A stretch of 8,280 nt of DNA from Oopsacas minuta (taxonomy: Eukaryota > Animalia > Porifera), in NCBI GenBank assembly GCA_024704765.1, contig JAKMXF010000176.1, positions 1-8,280 of the forward strand, in the 5' to 3' direction. The translations under genes were made by a program, and so were the position numbers. Of the stretch, positions 7,781 to 8,280 are shown piece after piece. Every line of letters begins with the position of its first letter. Within the stretch, counting starts at the first letter, position 1. The notes under the pieces are model-generated. The model was not told the DNA's origin, did no database searches, and saw only the letters and a program-made list of their open reading frames with translations.

Positions 7781-8280
7781 ACAATAATTTAGAATTTCTA
7801 TTAATATTAATGGTCAGCTGTGATGAACTCCGCACCAATAATGTTTGCTTCCAAAGTCCCTGTCAGATGTTACACTTTAGTTCAATACTCTCAAAAAAAT
7901 ATGTAGTGGCATCCCGATTGCATACATTATATCTATGCATTGATAAATCCAGTTTTTAGTAAATAAACATCAGGGATTGAAAAGAAGAATAATTGCAGCC
8001 GTTAACAGCGCATATTGATTGAAATAAGGTATCTCAAATATGTCACAGTGGTTTAGAAGCAAAGAATAGACAAAAAATTGATTCCGTATTTGATGTATTT
8101 TTTTCATTTTATATTGTTTAAATGATTCTCATTTAAAATATCTAAGCGATTGAGACCCCAGAAGCTGTAAAATTTCTTCACCAAAGATGCGAAATATTTA
8201 TAGGAAAATTGCGGCTTCATGATTTCCAAATTTAGCCACAATTTCAAATGAACCTGTAAGAGCAATTACATAATCGAATG

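Noticed and set aside
7960-8010. NIRD-LKRRIIAAVNS, resembling a Tc1/mariner-like transposase C-terminus (also HQNGTHYQQF near 5757-5787)
   Set aside because: These are isolated short matches. The first needs a frameshift, and neither has the upstream DFFLWG-type catalytic motif.
8050-8230. Minus-strand peptide ASLVKKFYSFW..RLDILNE, resembling a hAT insertion domain
   Set aside because: The similarity is too weak, and there is no clear RW motif or other colinear motif.

Overview
AT-rich eukaryotic (probably invertebrate animal) DNA made almost entirely of decayed transposons; no intact host gene, RNA gene or CRISPR array is supportable. In order: (1) the 3' part of a fossil hAT-like DDE transposase (1-1327) with a candidate right end near 1749; (2) a 5'-truncated, frameshifted CR1-like LINE ORF2 (about 1765-3528) missing the central RT motifs; (3) a (TTC)5(TTA)3 microsatellite; (4) a complete 758-bp non-autonomous hAT element (4027-4784) with 14-bp TIRs, a perfect 8-bp TSD and a transposase C-terminal remnant; (5) possibly another very decayed LINE piece (about 5600-6290); (6) two orphan hAT-type termini (6299, 7747) and two MITE-like inverted-repeat structures (about 6490-7095 and 7231-7618). 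Most ORF-track entries are pieces of these fossils or chance ORFs. I see no convincing novel protein system. The best leads are the TSD-flanked hAT derivative, paired palindromes with a compensatory change, and the shared orientation of the TE remnants. Family assignments come from recognising motifs by eye, not from database searches.
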